Made by a program: the position numbers and the translations under genes. From NCBI RefSeq assembly GCF_006345805.1, contig NC_043002.1, forward strand, positions 43,958,001 to 44,022,000: DNA of 64,000 nucleotides, in the 5' to 3' direction. Positions 52,563-64,000 of this stretch are shown here, piece by piece (positions within the stretch are counted from its first letter, which is position 1; each line of letters begins with the position of its first letter). The stretch is from Octopus sinensis (taxonomy: Eukaryota). The notes beneath the pieces are model-generated. The model had not been told where the DNA came from, searched no databases, and saw only the letters and a list, made by a program, of their open reading frames with translations.

Positions 52563-54288
52563 ATGAGTGTGTCTATTCAGAGGTGACCATTTCGAAGTAG
52601 CTATGTCCGGACACTTAGAATAAAGTACTCAAAATAAGTCTGATAAGTTCCGCAAGAGCTAGAGGCGAAATAAAATAAATTTTGTTTGACTAACGATTAT
52701 GAATTAATGCATAAATACCTGTGTGTGTGTGTGTGTTTGTGTGTGTGTACGTGTGTATGCGTGTGTGTGTGGGGGGGGGGGTTCGTATGTGCGTGCGTAC
52801 ATGCTCTCATGTTTACTACTCACATGCATACACACGAGTGCATGTGTTCAAAATACATATACACATACACACACACGCACATATGTTCAAAATACACATA
52901 CACATAAATGTTAAATGAATGTTAAAAGTTGGTTAGGAATAATAACGGCTTATTTACTAATGAAGTGACGCAATACAGTTTCACATCTAAATAATATTTG
53001 AATAATAAATAATTCAATGAAAGTTTACGAAGATGAGTTTTCGTAATTTAAGATTATGATGACATTCAGGAAATTAAATTAAAGCAGAAATACAATATTC
53101 ATATCTTTTCTGTTTGGCTGCCACTTCTCAATTTCTTCAATTTTGTTCCAATTGATTTCAAATTTGGTGTAGTTTTATATGCTAATTATTGACATGAAAT
53201 TCCTTTTCCCGACAAATCAATAAATAAACAGTTAACAGCTTTTAAAATTTGCAAATTTTGGGTAATTTTAGCCAATCGAAAGCCATAGATATTATAGGTG
53301 CCTGTTTCTATAGTAACAAGCCAAGCGTATTTACACAAACATTAATAATAGGTAGGAGTTATAGAGTGACAATGGCCAAATTCGTATTTGATAAGTGCCA
53401 ATGATATGTATGCATACATATATGTGTAAAAAAATCTCATCACGCAATCGAACCAATTAAAGAGCCTCTACCTGGTCGCTCGACACGCTAAAAATAGCAG
53501 CCAAAGTATCCCTACCTAAATCACACGCCCATTGTACGTAATGTCCTAGATTATCCCTAAAAAGACGGGTTGCTGAAGGCTGGAATGTCTTTGATGATAG
53601 GTTTGCTGTAACAGGGTTGATTTGAGGCTAAATAACAACAAGATTATGGTAAATTTCTATATTAACCCCCGCACGATTTTCACTAAGATAAAAAAACTTG
53701 GATATTTTGCGTGGAATTAAGTACCCTGACCTGCTAATTAACTGCAAATCCCTTATTTTGGTTCGGAAAGAAGGGTGGGCCCCACTTCCATCCCGGAATC
53801 ATTGGAAATTTCTTTTTCGTTGAATGAATTCCTGTGACCTCCTAATATGCTACAAAACCATTTTTGGGGTCCAAAAAATGGGGTGGGGTGAGGTGGAAGC
53901 CTCGGAAATTTCACCCCCACCCCCATTGATCTTTTCACCCGCACAATTTTCACTAAAGACCATAATTTTGTTGTTATGTAACCCTGTTACAGAAAACCTA
54001 TCATCAAACACATTCCAGCCTTCAGTAAACCGTCTTTTTAGGGATAATCTAGGACATTACGTACAATGAGGGTGTGATTTACAATGAGGGGATACTTTGG
54101 CTGCTAGTTTTAGCGTGTCGAGCGATCAGGTAGAGGCTTTTTCATTGGTTCGATTGCATGATGAGATTTTTTTACACATATGTGTATGTATATATATCAT
54201 CGGCATATATGTATTTATATATCACTGGCACTTATCAAACACGAAATTGGCCATTGTCACCCTTTAACTTCTGCCTATTATTAATGTG

Positions 54289-54319
<31 letters not shown>

Positions 54320-55041
54320 TGTGTGTGTGTGTATAATGGACCCGGAAGTTGTTCGCAAACAGCAGCAGTAATTTTCTTCAGCTGAATTCACGTCATTGAT
54401 TGGTTAAAATTACCCAAATACGACAACTTTAACAAGAAATAACTTCTAAAATACAAAAGTTTGTCAAAAACGTTAAGAGTAAACCGTGTTCTATGTGATA
54501 CATTCGACCAGTATCCGAAGTTTCGAAGTGTTTAGTTTTAAAAAATTAATTAAAAAATCTGGCCGTTAAATTGAATAGATCCGAACCACAAAATTTGTTG
54601 TTTATTCTTTTTCGCATTAAATTCATATTGAATGCGTAAAACTACAAAATATGTGTTGTTTACTAATTTTTTGGTCATTTTTCGCTGATCCAATTCTTTA
54701 AAGACATGTTATCGTCACAATCGCGATTGCAGTCACGTACAAAATGACAGCTTCTAAATCCTGTTTTCTGATTGGATAAAAATGATCAAACTTTAAACCT
54801 TTGTTACTTTTTCAAAAAAATACTTCTCTGGAACAAATGAATTAGGCTCCGATTTAATCCACACTTGTCCCTCTCCACAAATTGTTGGTCTTGTGCCTAA
54901 ATGAGAAATCATTATTTAGAAATTTCTAGGCTGTCACCCGTGATTTTTCTTTAAAAACCCGAATAAGTTATTTAGTTTATATATCCTATTTATTTTATAA
55001 CATATAGTATTACTTGCAATGTTCTTTTTTTGTCATATATA

Positions 55042-55555
55042 CCGTAAATCCTCGAGTATAGTCCGCCCTTGAGTATAATACGCAGGGGATTTTTAGGGGG
55101 CTGTACCTCTGAAAAACCTAAACCTTGTGTATAATACGCACCCCTTCTCTAACTTGAGTTAAGGAGTTCTATATAACGTCCTTGTTTTGTAAAAATGTAT
55201 ACGGTAACGTCCTTTATTATTATTGTATATATAACATAATGCAAACGTGTAGCTTTTTTGTGCATTTTGTTTGCAGAAAATAAAGAAGTAACAGTAATAA
55301 CGTTTAATAACTGTTGCTTACTGCAAGTTATGGATGATTCTTTTATGACTTCATTGCTTTCAGGCTTAGCTTAAAGTATTTTCGCACACGACATCACAAA
55401 ATGCGTCTGAATAAATACTGCCGGACAGCAAATAGAAACTCGGACATTGCTTAGAAAATAATTTTCATTTTTAACCTCGTGTATAGTACGCTTCAGTAGG
55501 GATTTGACCTTTAAATTTGGGGGAAAAAATGCGAATTATTCTCGAGGATTTACGG
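55042..55555. mobile_element. Tc1/mariner-superfamily (pogo/Tc2-like) MITE
   Basis: TA-CCGTAAATCCTCGAG...CTCGAGGATTTACGG-TA perfect 15-bp TIR with TA target; internal repeats of GTATAATACGCA. Confidence 0.85.
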
Positions 55556-55599
55556 TATATATATTATATTGTATATATTATATATATATAATATATATA

Positions 55600-55658
<59 letters not shown>

Positions 55659-55667
55659 TAAATATAT

Positions 55668-56591
55668 AGGGTATGTTCTTATTTTCAGTGTTTCCAAATC
55701 CAAACCAAGGAATTTCTGAGCTGTGATAGAAGTGTTGTTTTTGACTAATCTTGAAACGTACGTTCTCAAATAACCTTAGCATTTGATTTTTCGATGTCCT
55801 TACCCCAAACTTTTGTGAGTTAAATTAAGCAAACATATATATGAGAGAGATTTTCTTTAAGATTAGAAATAGTTTTAAAAAAGTTTTTTAGCTGCTATTC
55901 TAATGAGTCAGTATGCGGCAAAGTAATTTATTTTACTAAGCCCTTTTATATAATGTAATAATTTGAATTCGCCTTGAATGGTCCCTTTGCATACTGAACA
56001 CTTGGTGAAATTGATAATAATTAATTAATTTTGCCCTCATTGTTGAAATTATAATTAATCTCCCTCTGATTAATGCTTCGGATTTTACCGAAATAAGCAT
56101 AGTGTTTGATGATTTTAACCCACGCTGGTGGAAAGGGAGAGAACAGATTCTTCGCTTGCTTATTGAATTTGTTGACACTGTTAGTTACGAGCAGATCTTC
56201 GAAAGGGTATGTTCTTATTTTCAGTGTTTCCAATCCAAACCAAGGAATTTCTGAGCTGATGATAGAAGTGTTGTTTTTGACTAATCTTGAAACGTACGTT
56301 CTCAAATAACTTAGCATTTGATTTTTCGATGTCTTACCCCCAAACTTTTGTGAGTTAAATTAAGCAAACACTATATATGAGAGAGATTTTCTTTAAGTAT
56401 TAGAATAGTTTTAAAAAAGTTTTTTAGCTGCTATTTCTAATGAGTTCAGTATGCGGCAAAGTAATTTATTTTACTAAGCCCTTTTATATAATGTAATAAT
56501 TTGAATTCGCCTTGAATGGTCCCTTTGCATACGAACACTTGGTGAAATTGATTAATAATTAATTAATTTTGCCCTCAAATTGTGAAATTAT
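55668..56591 (+). mobile_element. Second tandem array (1.7 x 536-bp ORF-less unit) carrying hammerhead motifs, in (AT)n
   Basis: Unit restarts at 56204; copies are nearly identical apart from indels; hammerhead motifs at 55717-55768 and 56252-56304. Confidence 0.85.
56252..56304 (+). ncRNA. Type I hammerhead ribozyme motif (other copy at 55717-55768 lacks one core A)
   Basis: TGAG-CTGATGA-TAGAAGT...ACTAATCTT-GAAA-CGTACGT-T-CTCA: stem I 4 bp, palindrome ACGTACGT, GUU site; stem II irregular. Confidence 0.7.
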
Positions 56592-56739
56592 ATATATATA
56601 TATAATGTAAATATATATATATTGTATAATATATATATATATATATTATGTTTTTAACGTAAATAAAATTATTAGATTTCCAGCTGTTGTACCAATATGA
56701 ATAACTTACAATAAAATTTCACCGGAAACAGATTAGCAA

Positions 56740-57075
56740 AATTTAACAAGGGGTGAGGGAGTATTGGAATAAAAGCGGGGGGGGGGGCTGACTTAAAAAT
56801 TAATAAGCAGGGTGGGGAATAAAAGCGGAGGGGTGAAAAAAATCTGGAAAATTAATAAGCGGAGGTGGTGGAAAAAATCTGAAAAATTAATTAGCGGGGT
56901 GGGGGAATAAAATCGGGGAGTGGTGGAAAATACTCAAAAATTAATAAGCAGGGGGTGAGGATAAAAGCGTGGGTGGTGGAAAAAAATCTGAAAAATTATT
57001 TAAGGGGAATGGTTGGGTGGTAATAAAAGCAGAGGGCTGGATCTGAAAAACCAATAAACAGTGGGGAGGATGATT
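56740..57075. repeat. G-rich minisatellite with a ~45-bp unit
   Basis: About 6 diverged repeats of AAAATTAATAAGC.GGGGTGGGGAATAAAAGCG..GGTGGTGGAAAAAATCTG. Confidence 0.8.
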
Positions 57076-57357
57076 ATTCAAGAACGCCTATATTTTGAGA
57101 GATTTAAAAGCAGATGAAATTTACGTTTCATTCATAATTCAACCTGAACACACGTGTGTGTGTGTGTGGTGTGTGTGTGTGAGTATGTGTGTGTGAGTGT
57201 GTGTGTGTGTGTGTGAGTGTGTGTGTGTGTGAGTGTGTGTGTGTGTGTATGTGTTTGCGTGTATACATAATATTCAAAGTGAATATGAATCTATCTCTCA
57301 TAAATATATATATCTATATATATATATATATATACATATATATAGTATATGCATGTT

Positions 57358-57389
<32 letters not shown>

Positions 57390-57390
57390 G

Positions 57391-57433
<43 letters not shown>

Positions 57434-57583
57434 ATCTATCTTCTATCTATAAATATATATACTTTTTATCTATATTAAACTTTTTAATACTTTTCTTTTG
57501 ATAGTTATATATATTTAAAAAAAAAAAAAAAAAAAAGATAAATATATAATAAAAATATTTTAAAATATATATATGTATATATA

Positions 57584-57962
57584 TCTCTCTATATAAAACG
57601 GCAGTTGTTTGTCTGTGCGTTTTCTGTGTTGTCTGTTTTCTCGTACCTCACTCTGACCACGGCTTTCAACCGATCTGATGAACTTGACACACACATAGCC
57701 CAATGTCATAATTCAAAACTAACGCAGCGAAAATTTTGAAAAGTTCCCCCAGTTCTGAAAAAATCGATAAATTCGACATGGGGTCGAGAATCAGAAACCC
57801 AACACAACCGTCTAGGGGACGCAAATCCACCTTTTTTAACTCTCAAAAAAAATTTACCATCATTTTTTTCCATTTTTTGCTATTTTTTTGGCTATAACTC
57901 TCTAAAAATGCTTTATAGTTATTTCCCTTACAAACCTGAGCAACGCCGGGCGATACTGCTAG
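57584..57962 (+). mobile_element. Non-autonomous Helitron (379 bp)
   Basis: 5' A|TCTCTCTATATAAAACGGCAGTTG; 3' hairpin CCTGAGCAACGCCGGG then CTAG|T; both ends resemble those of 42037-44202. Confidence 0.85.
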
Positions 57963-58087
57963 TATATATAGAAAAAATAAAAATTATAAATATAAATAAT
58001 AATTTTATTTTTATTTTGTTTTTGTTTATGTTTTTCACTGTTTGGTTTGCTATAGTGGTTTTATCATTAATTTAATTTATATATATA

Positions 58088-58143
<56 letters not shown>

Positions 58144-59107
58144 ACACTAGAAGCTAAGGCCCGGTTTCACCCGGTCTTTTGCAGGATTGTGACTGATCGT
58201 TTTCGCTTAGGCGTAATCTATAACAGCGTTTCTCAACCGTATCATTTCGGGTCCTTGTTTCAATTGAAGCCTCCAGCTGTATCCGTAAAAAATTTATTTG
58301 CAGAGAGCAGAAATTGAAAGAAGATATATGAAATGGACGTGTTTGTGTGAGTGTGTGTGTATATGTGTGTGTGTGTATGTGTGTGTGTATGTGTGTTTCT
58401 ATGTGTGTGTATGTGTGTGTATGTGTGTATGTGTGTGTGTATATGTATGTATGTGTGTGTGTATATGTGTGAGTATGTGTGTGTGTGTATGTGTGTGTAT
58501 GTGTGTGTGTGCGTGCGTATGTGTTTACGATAGTTGATTTATGGAAAAAGATTGTTAAATTTTTGAAGTGCAAATATGTGTATGAAAATTAATTTCAGAC
58601 CTCTACATGGTAGGTAGACCTGGTAGAAATAGCAGCCAAATCTCCCCCCCAAAACACCCTACTGTCTTAATCCGACTATTCTGCCTATTATTTAGTTTGA
58701 ATGAGAAACTGTAACTAAAGATTAAGATTATTAACCCCACAAAGAGGTGAAAGAAGAGAGACAGCATAGCGAAAGTTTTGGCTGAGTGTCATCCTGTACT
58801 CCCCTTGTTGCTAGCAAAATGGTATATGCCAACTGTGTGAGCAACTGGTTGTTTTAATGGCGGAACAAACAGGGGAATTCCATTAGAAAAAAGTTTTAAT
58901 CGATTTTCTCGGTAACTATGGGGGCTAGGAAAAATATACAACCCGAAGTCCAATCTATGTGTGCCGTTTTTCATGCAAATCCACCCAGTCGTTTGGCTGT
59001 GAACTTCAAGACAAGAAAGAATACAACGATCGCCCATGTCCAATTTATATTACATATATAAACATATATGTATGTATATACATATACATTATATATATGC
59101 ATATATA

Positions 59108-59138
<31 letters not shown>

Positions 59139-59210
59139 CTATATATATATATATATATATTATATATACATATGTGTTGTATAAATATATATATACATAT
59201 GTGTGTCTAA

Positions 59211-59245
<35 letters not shown>

Positions 59246-59444
59246 TAGATAGATAGATAGATAGATTGGACTGCGGGTTGTATATTTTCCTAGCCCCCAT
59301 AGTTACCGAGAAAATCGATTAAAACTTTTTCTAATGGAATTCCCCTGTTTGTTCCGCCATTAAACAACCAATGCTCACACAGTCGGCATATACCATTTCG
59401 CTAGCAACAAGGGAGTACAGGATGACACTCAGCCAAAACTTTCG

Positions 59445-59517
<73 letters not shown>

Positions 59518-59670
59518 TATATATATAATAATAAATATAGGGAATAAATCAAATTTACAGGGAAAAAAATCAGATTTAGGATTAAATCCAATTTTATAGT
59601 AAAATATTATAAAATATTATTAGAGACAAAATAGTGGTTTTGTCTCTAATAAATTTTATATCTATATATA

Positions 59671-59734
<64 letters not shown>

Positions 59735-60026
59735 TGTGTAGATATACACACGGGCAGCGCTTATAAGTTTCTTTACAAATTGTTCTCACACTCTAAAAGT
59801 TATTAGCGATAATTAGACGAAATCTGTTAGCTTAATGATCCAGAGCACTCAGCCGGTTTGAGAGTTGCAGGGCTTGATTCTCTGCGGAGCCTTTGCTCCC
59901 GCCCCACGTCTTCTAAAGGAGTATTCATCCGATTCCCTAAGCTATCCTTACAGCCTTCTTGCCTTGCGAATTCCTTTATTTTCTGTAGATAACAGACACA
60001 CGCGGCGCTTATTTACAAGATGTTCC

Positions 60027-60064
<38 letters not shown>

Positions 60065-60199
60065 TATATTATGGTGCGTAAAGTTTTTGAGGACATACTT
60101 TTTGTGGGGTCATTGCTGCATTTTTTGTTAATTCTGTATAATCTTTGTTTCAGAAAATAATAATGATAGACCCTCAGCTTACTCAAGAAATAAAGAAAC

Positions 60200-60935
60200 A
60201 TGCTGCTATTGTGGTTATATAGGCTGAGTGTAGCGATTTAGACAAATCTCGATTGTTAAAAGTTGCCAGATCTTTCGTCTACAAAGTTTGTAAGGCGCTA
60301 GTGACTGAAGATGGAAACGTATCACCAGTATCAAAGCATAAAAAAGCATTCTAAACGCTCTGAAATAATCAGAATATCTGAATTTATCCAGCAAGTTCAA
60401 CAGACCATTGATTACAATCCCAGAAAGTCCATGAGGTCAATTGAAAAAGATCTACTTGTGTCAGAAGGAATAGTCAGAAATGTTGTCCACGAAGACATCA
60501 GATATAAGTCTTATACGATGAGGAAGAAGCAAAGAAAAAAAAAAAGAAAAATCACTACATAAGATCTCAACAAACTGAAAAATTTTAAACAAACTGAAAA
60601 ATTTTAAACAAATTGAAAAATCCAGCAGAAGATTTGATTTGATTTTTCTCACACGAGAAAACTTCGACCAAGATCAAAAAGTTAAGAGAAGAAATGACAG
60701 ATGGTTATGTGCAGACCATTCTGAAGTTCCAAGTGTTATGCTTACAAAATTTCCTGCAACTATGATGGTTTTAGGGTTGTCAGCAATGAAAGAGATGTGA
60801 TGCCTCCTTACTTCTTCCCACAAGGCCTTAGAGTTAATTCTGCCACCTACATTGAGATCCTGGAAATAATTGTTAAGCTCTGGATAGACAGTGTATGCAA
60901 TGGAAGACCATGTGTGTTTCAGTAAGACTCTGCAC
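60200..60935 (+). mobile_element. Tc1/mariner transposase remnant
   Basis: HTH region NPRKSMRSI..DL.VSE..VR.VVHEDI.YKSY, then NDRW, KFPATMMV, VMPPYFFPQGLRVNS..YI..L and GRPCVFQ.DSA; many stops. Confidence 0.8.
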
Positions 60936-61103
60936 TAACACACAGGAACGTGTGTATGTGTGTGTCTATGTGTGTGTATGTGTGTGTATGTGCGTTTTAT
61001 CTTGACTATTGAGTAATGTAACATATTATTTTATAGATAAATTTCCTCTGTTTACATAATATTGAGGTCTCTTTCTTTCTTTTGTTATCTTACCGTTTTA
61101 CCA

Positions 61104-61161
<58 letters not shown>

Positions 61162-61224
61162 GTAGATATATGTATATAATGTATATATATATACTGATAT
61201 ATATATATATATACATATATACTA

Positions 61225-61275
<51 letters not shown>

Positions 61276-61439
61276 GATATATGTATATATATATATATAT
61301 ATACACATGCATATACACATTGTTTAGAATTAAACTAACGTGTAGATTTTAAGTGGAAATATCCATCTATGTATAGAAAAACTTAAATCAAAAGAAATAA
61401 CTAAGTTATACAATACTTCTTACACTATAAGCAGTTTTG

Positions 61440-62130
61440 TATCCAGTAGAAACCAACACAGAGGTTTGTTGTGTGTAATGTGGAATTATCAAATGAAAGT
61501 TTAAAGCTATCAAAATTGAAGCATCATCTTTCAAATGAATAACTTAAAGACAGACAAGCCAGAAGATTTGAATAACAAAGCTATTCAAGCTAAAAAGAAA
61601 AAAAACCTGCTGGGTTCATATGTAACAACATTTTATTTTACTTAAAATGTCCTATATTGTGTCAGAAATGATTACAAAGTTTGTGAAAACGCATATAGCT
61701 GATGAATGTTTGATTCCTATCGCTGCATATGAAATGTACCGTTGTGTAGCCAGTGAAAACACTGCAGTGAAGATGAAATCAATACTACTTTCGATTGACA
61801 GGGAATCCTAGAATAAATGAAACGTCAAATGATACGCTAAGTCAACGAAGATAACAGAACTCATACGTTTGTGATACATTCAGATGAAAGCACCGATGTT
61901 GCTAGTCAAGCACAGATGTTGTTATGCTCGATATCTTTCTGAAAATAAATTAAACGAAAATATTTTCTTCTTTCTTTCTTAGACTTTAACACTGCAAACT
62001 ACATCAACTAAAATTCCTCAAGTTTCGCTAACTTTTCTAAATTTGTATGAGAGTATGATTGCTGCAATATGCATAGACAGTGCTACTAACATGACAGGAA
62101 TGTACAGTAGATTTTACTCCAGAATGAAAC
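61440..62130 (+). mobile_element. hAT (Charlie/Buster-like) transposase remnant
   Basis: Fragments resembling C.VC...LSNES.K.SKL..H, DESTDVASQAQ and CIDSATNMTG across frameshifts. Confidence 0.65.
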
Positions 62131-64000
62131 AACTGTATTTCATTAAAACCAATCCAACAAATGTTAGATGATTCCCTATATAATTTAATGTAGCAAGAGT
62201 AACTTACAAAACTCTCTGCTGCACTAAGAATGAAATGGCCATCATGCAGAAAGGTTTTTCGAGTATTGAACCTTCGCGAAAATATAATTGATTTTCTTTT
62301 ATCATAGGAAAAAAATTACATTTAGTCAATTTTATTGAGTGATGAGAGATTTTATGTTACAATTCCTCCTCTTCTTTCGACTAATCGGGATTCATAGTAC
62401 GGTTGTACTATTCCTTCTTTCGATCGCTGAATGCAGAACTGGCTCGCGAAACCTCTGTTCTGGTGATTTTCTCGAGTTACCACTTCACCCTTGTACGCCA
62501 ATCCGTCCCAACGCAACTCATTTACAGTGTGGAGTGAACTAGAGCAATATGAAGTGCTTGCCTAAGAAAACAACGCACAGCCAGGTTGGGAATCGAAACC
62601 CCGATCACGCGCTCATTAGTGAAACACCCTTACCACAAGGTCAATTATCTCATTGACACCTTAGATAACGTCTATGCCATCGATGTGACCCGCTAAGGAA
62701 AGTATTGAAGTCTGTCTCTGCAAAATGATGAATAAAAGAAGTAGAGCATTTCTCGAATTCTCTCGCGGTCAACTTTACCTTTCATCCTTTCGGGAACGAT
62801 AAGTACCAGTTAAGCACTGGAGTCAATATAATCAACTAGCCCCACCCCGCAAAATTTTAGGCCTTGCACATGTAGTAGAAAGTATTATAAAAAGATGTAA
62901 GGCGGCGTGCTCTGAGTTCAAATCCTGCCGAGGTCAATTTTGCTTTTCATCCTTTCAGGGTCGATGAAATAAGCATCAGTTGAGTACTGGGGTCGGTGTA
63001 ATCGACTAGTCCCCTCCCGCTAAATTCTAGGCCTTGTACCTACAGTAGAAAGAATTATTAGAGAGAGAAGCAAAAAATGTTTCAGCGGATGCTGTTACGG
63101 ATCTTTCTTCAACTGAATACACGTAATTGATTGGTTAAAATTACCCAAATACGACAATTTTAACAGGAAATAACTTCTAAAATACAAAATCTTGTCAAAA
63201 TCGTTAAGAGTAAACCGTGTTCTACGTGACATATTCAACAAGTATTCGAAGTTTCAAACAGTTTAGTTAAAAAAAAATTAATTAAAAAATCTGTGACTGA
63301 GATTGAAAAGATCCGCTGTTACTAACTCAGTTGAGAACCGCTAGTTTAGAGAATTTAAAAGAGTTGACTACCATTCAATTGTTCTTATGGTAGATTAGGT
63401 AATTAGCTACGTGATTAAAAGCAGTACTGCTGAAGTCCGTTCATAGAGACTGATATCATCAGATAATTTTGATTTAGAACAGATTGCGAGATTGATAAAC
63501 TTGTCGATAACAAACGATTTTTATGATAGGTATCAACAAGCATCTCTGCTTGCAGCTAAACAAGTGGTTGTCGATGACATTCATTCTTTTTGACAGGTAT
63601 CAGCTGTCAGTTTTGTTTGCTTCTAGGCAACTTAATCACGCAGCTAGTACTGTTGGTGGGACGCCAGCTCTTTTTCACAGGCGGAGCGAATTTTTTCGCA
63701 CAATATTAGATTATTTGTACAGTATATTTGAACTACATTTCAATTCTGATATATTTTTGTTTGCTTTTTTGTTATTTGTTATTCCTCATTACGAATATAT
63801 ACGCCCAACTTTGAAAGTTATTTTTCAGTGTAACTCAACTTTCACTGCCATTTCTTTTATCTTCAATACATAAGATTTCTACTCTTCCAAGATTTATGTC
63901 ATTCACTTCTATATATGCTTTATCTTTCCTCCAAGGATATGATTAGTTCATCAGATATTTATTCTTTCCATATAACCCTGTCATTTTCTTGGTGATTTAA

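Overview
AT-rich, microsatellite-dense animal genomic DNA. The SINE/LINE families and gene structure suggest an octopus-type cephalopod; this is an inference. One host gene is clearly recognisable: the last two coding exons of TRAF3IP1/IFT54 (3716-3939 and 22185-22341, + strand), separated by an 18.2-kb intron. The rest is mostly transposon-derived: tRNA-derived SINEs, RTE and CR1/L2-like LINE fragments, two Helitron derivatives, MITEs, and Tc1/mariner and hAT remnants. There is also a young, GC-rich, nearly full-length Neptune-type Penelope-like element (27045-33633, - strand). The most striking unannotated signal is a set of type I hammerhead ribozyme motifs with palindromic stem III: about 8 canonical or near-canonical motifs plus about 6 variant or partial ones. 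Six of them lie in two separate ORF-less tandem arrays with units of about 535 nt inserted in (AT)n tracts (38911-40930, with an inverted copy, and 55668-56591). These look like retrozyme-like, circRNA-producing non-autonomous Penelope derivatives. All RNA structures were read by eye; no folding or database search was run.
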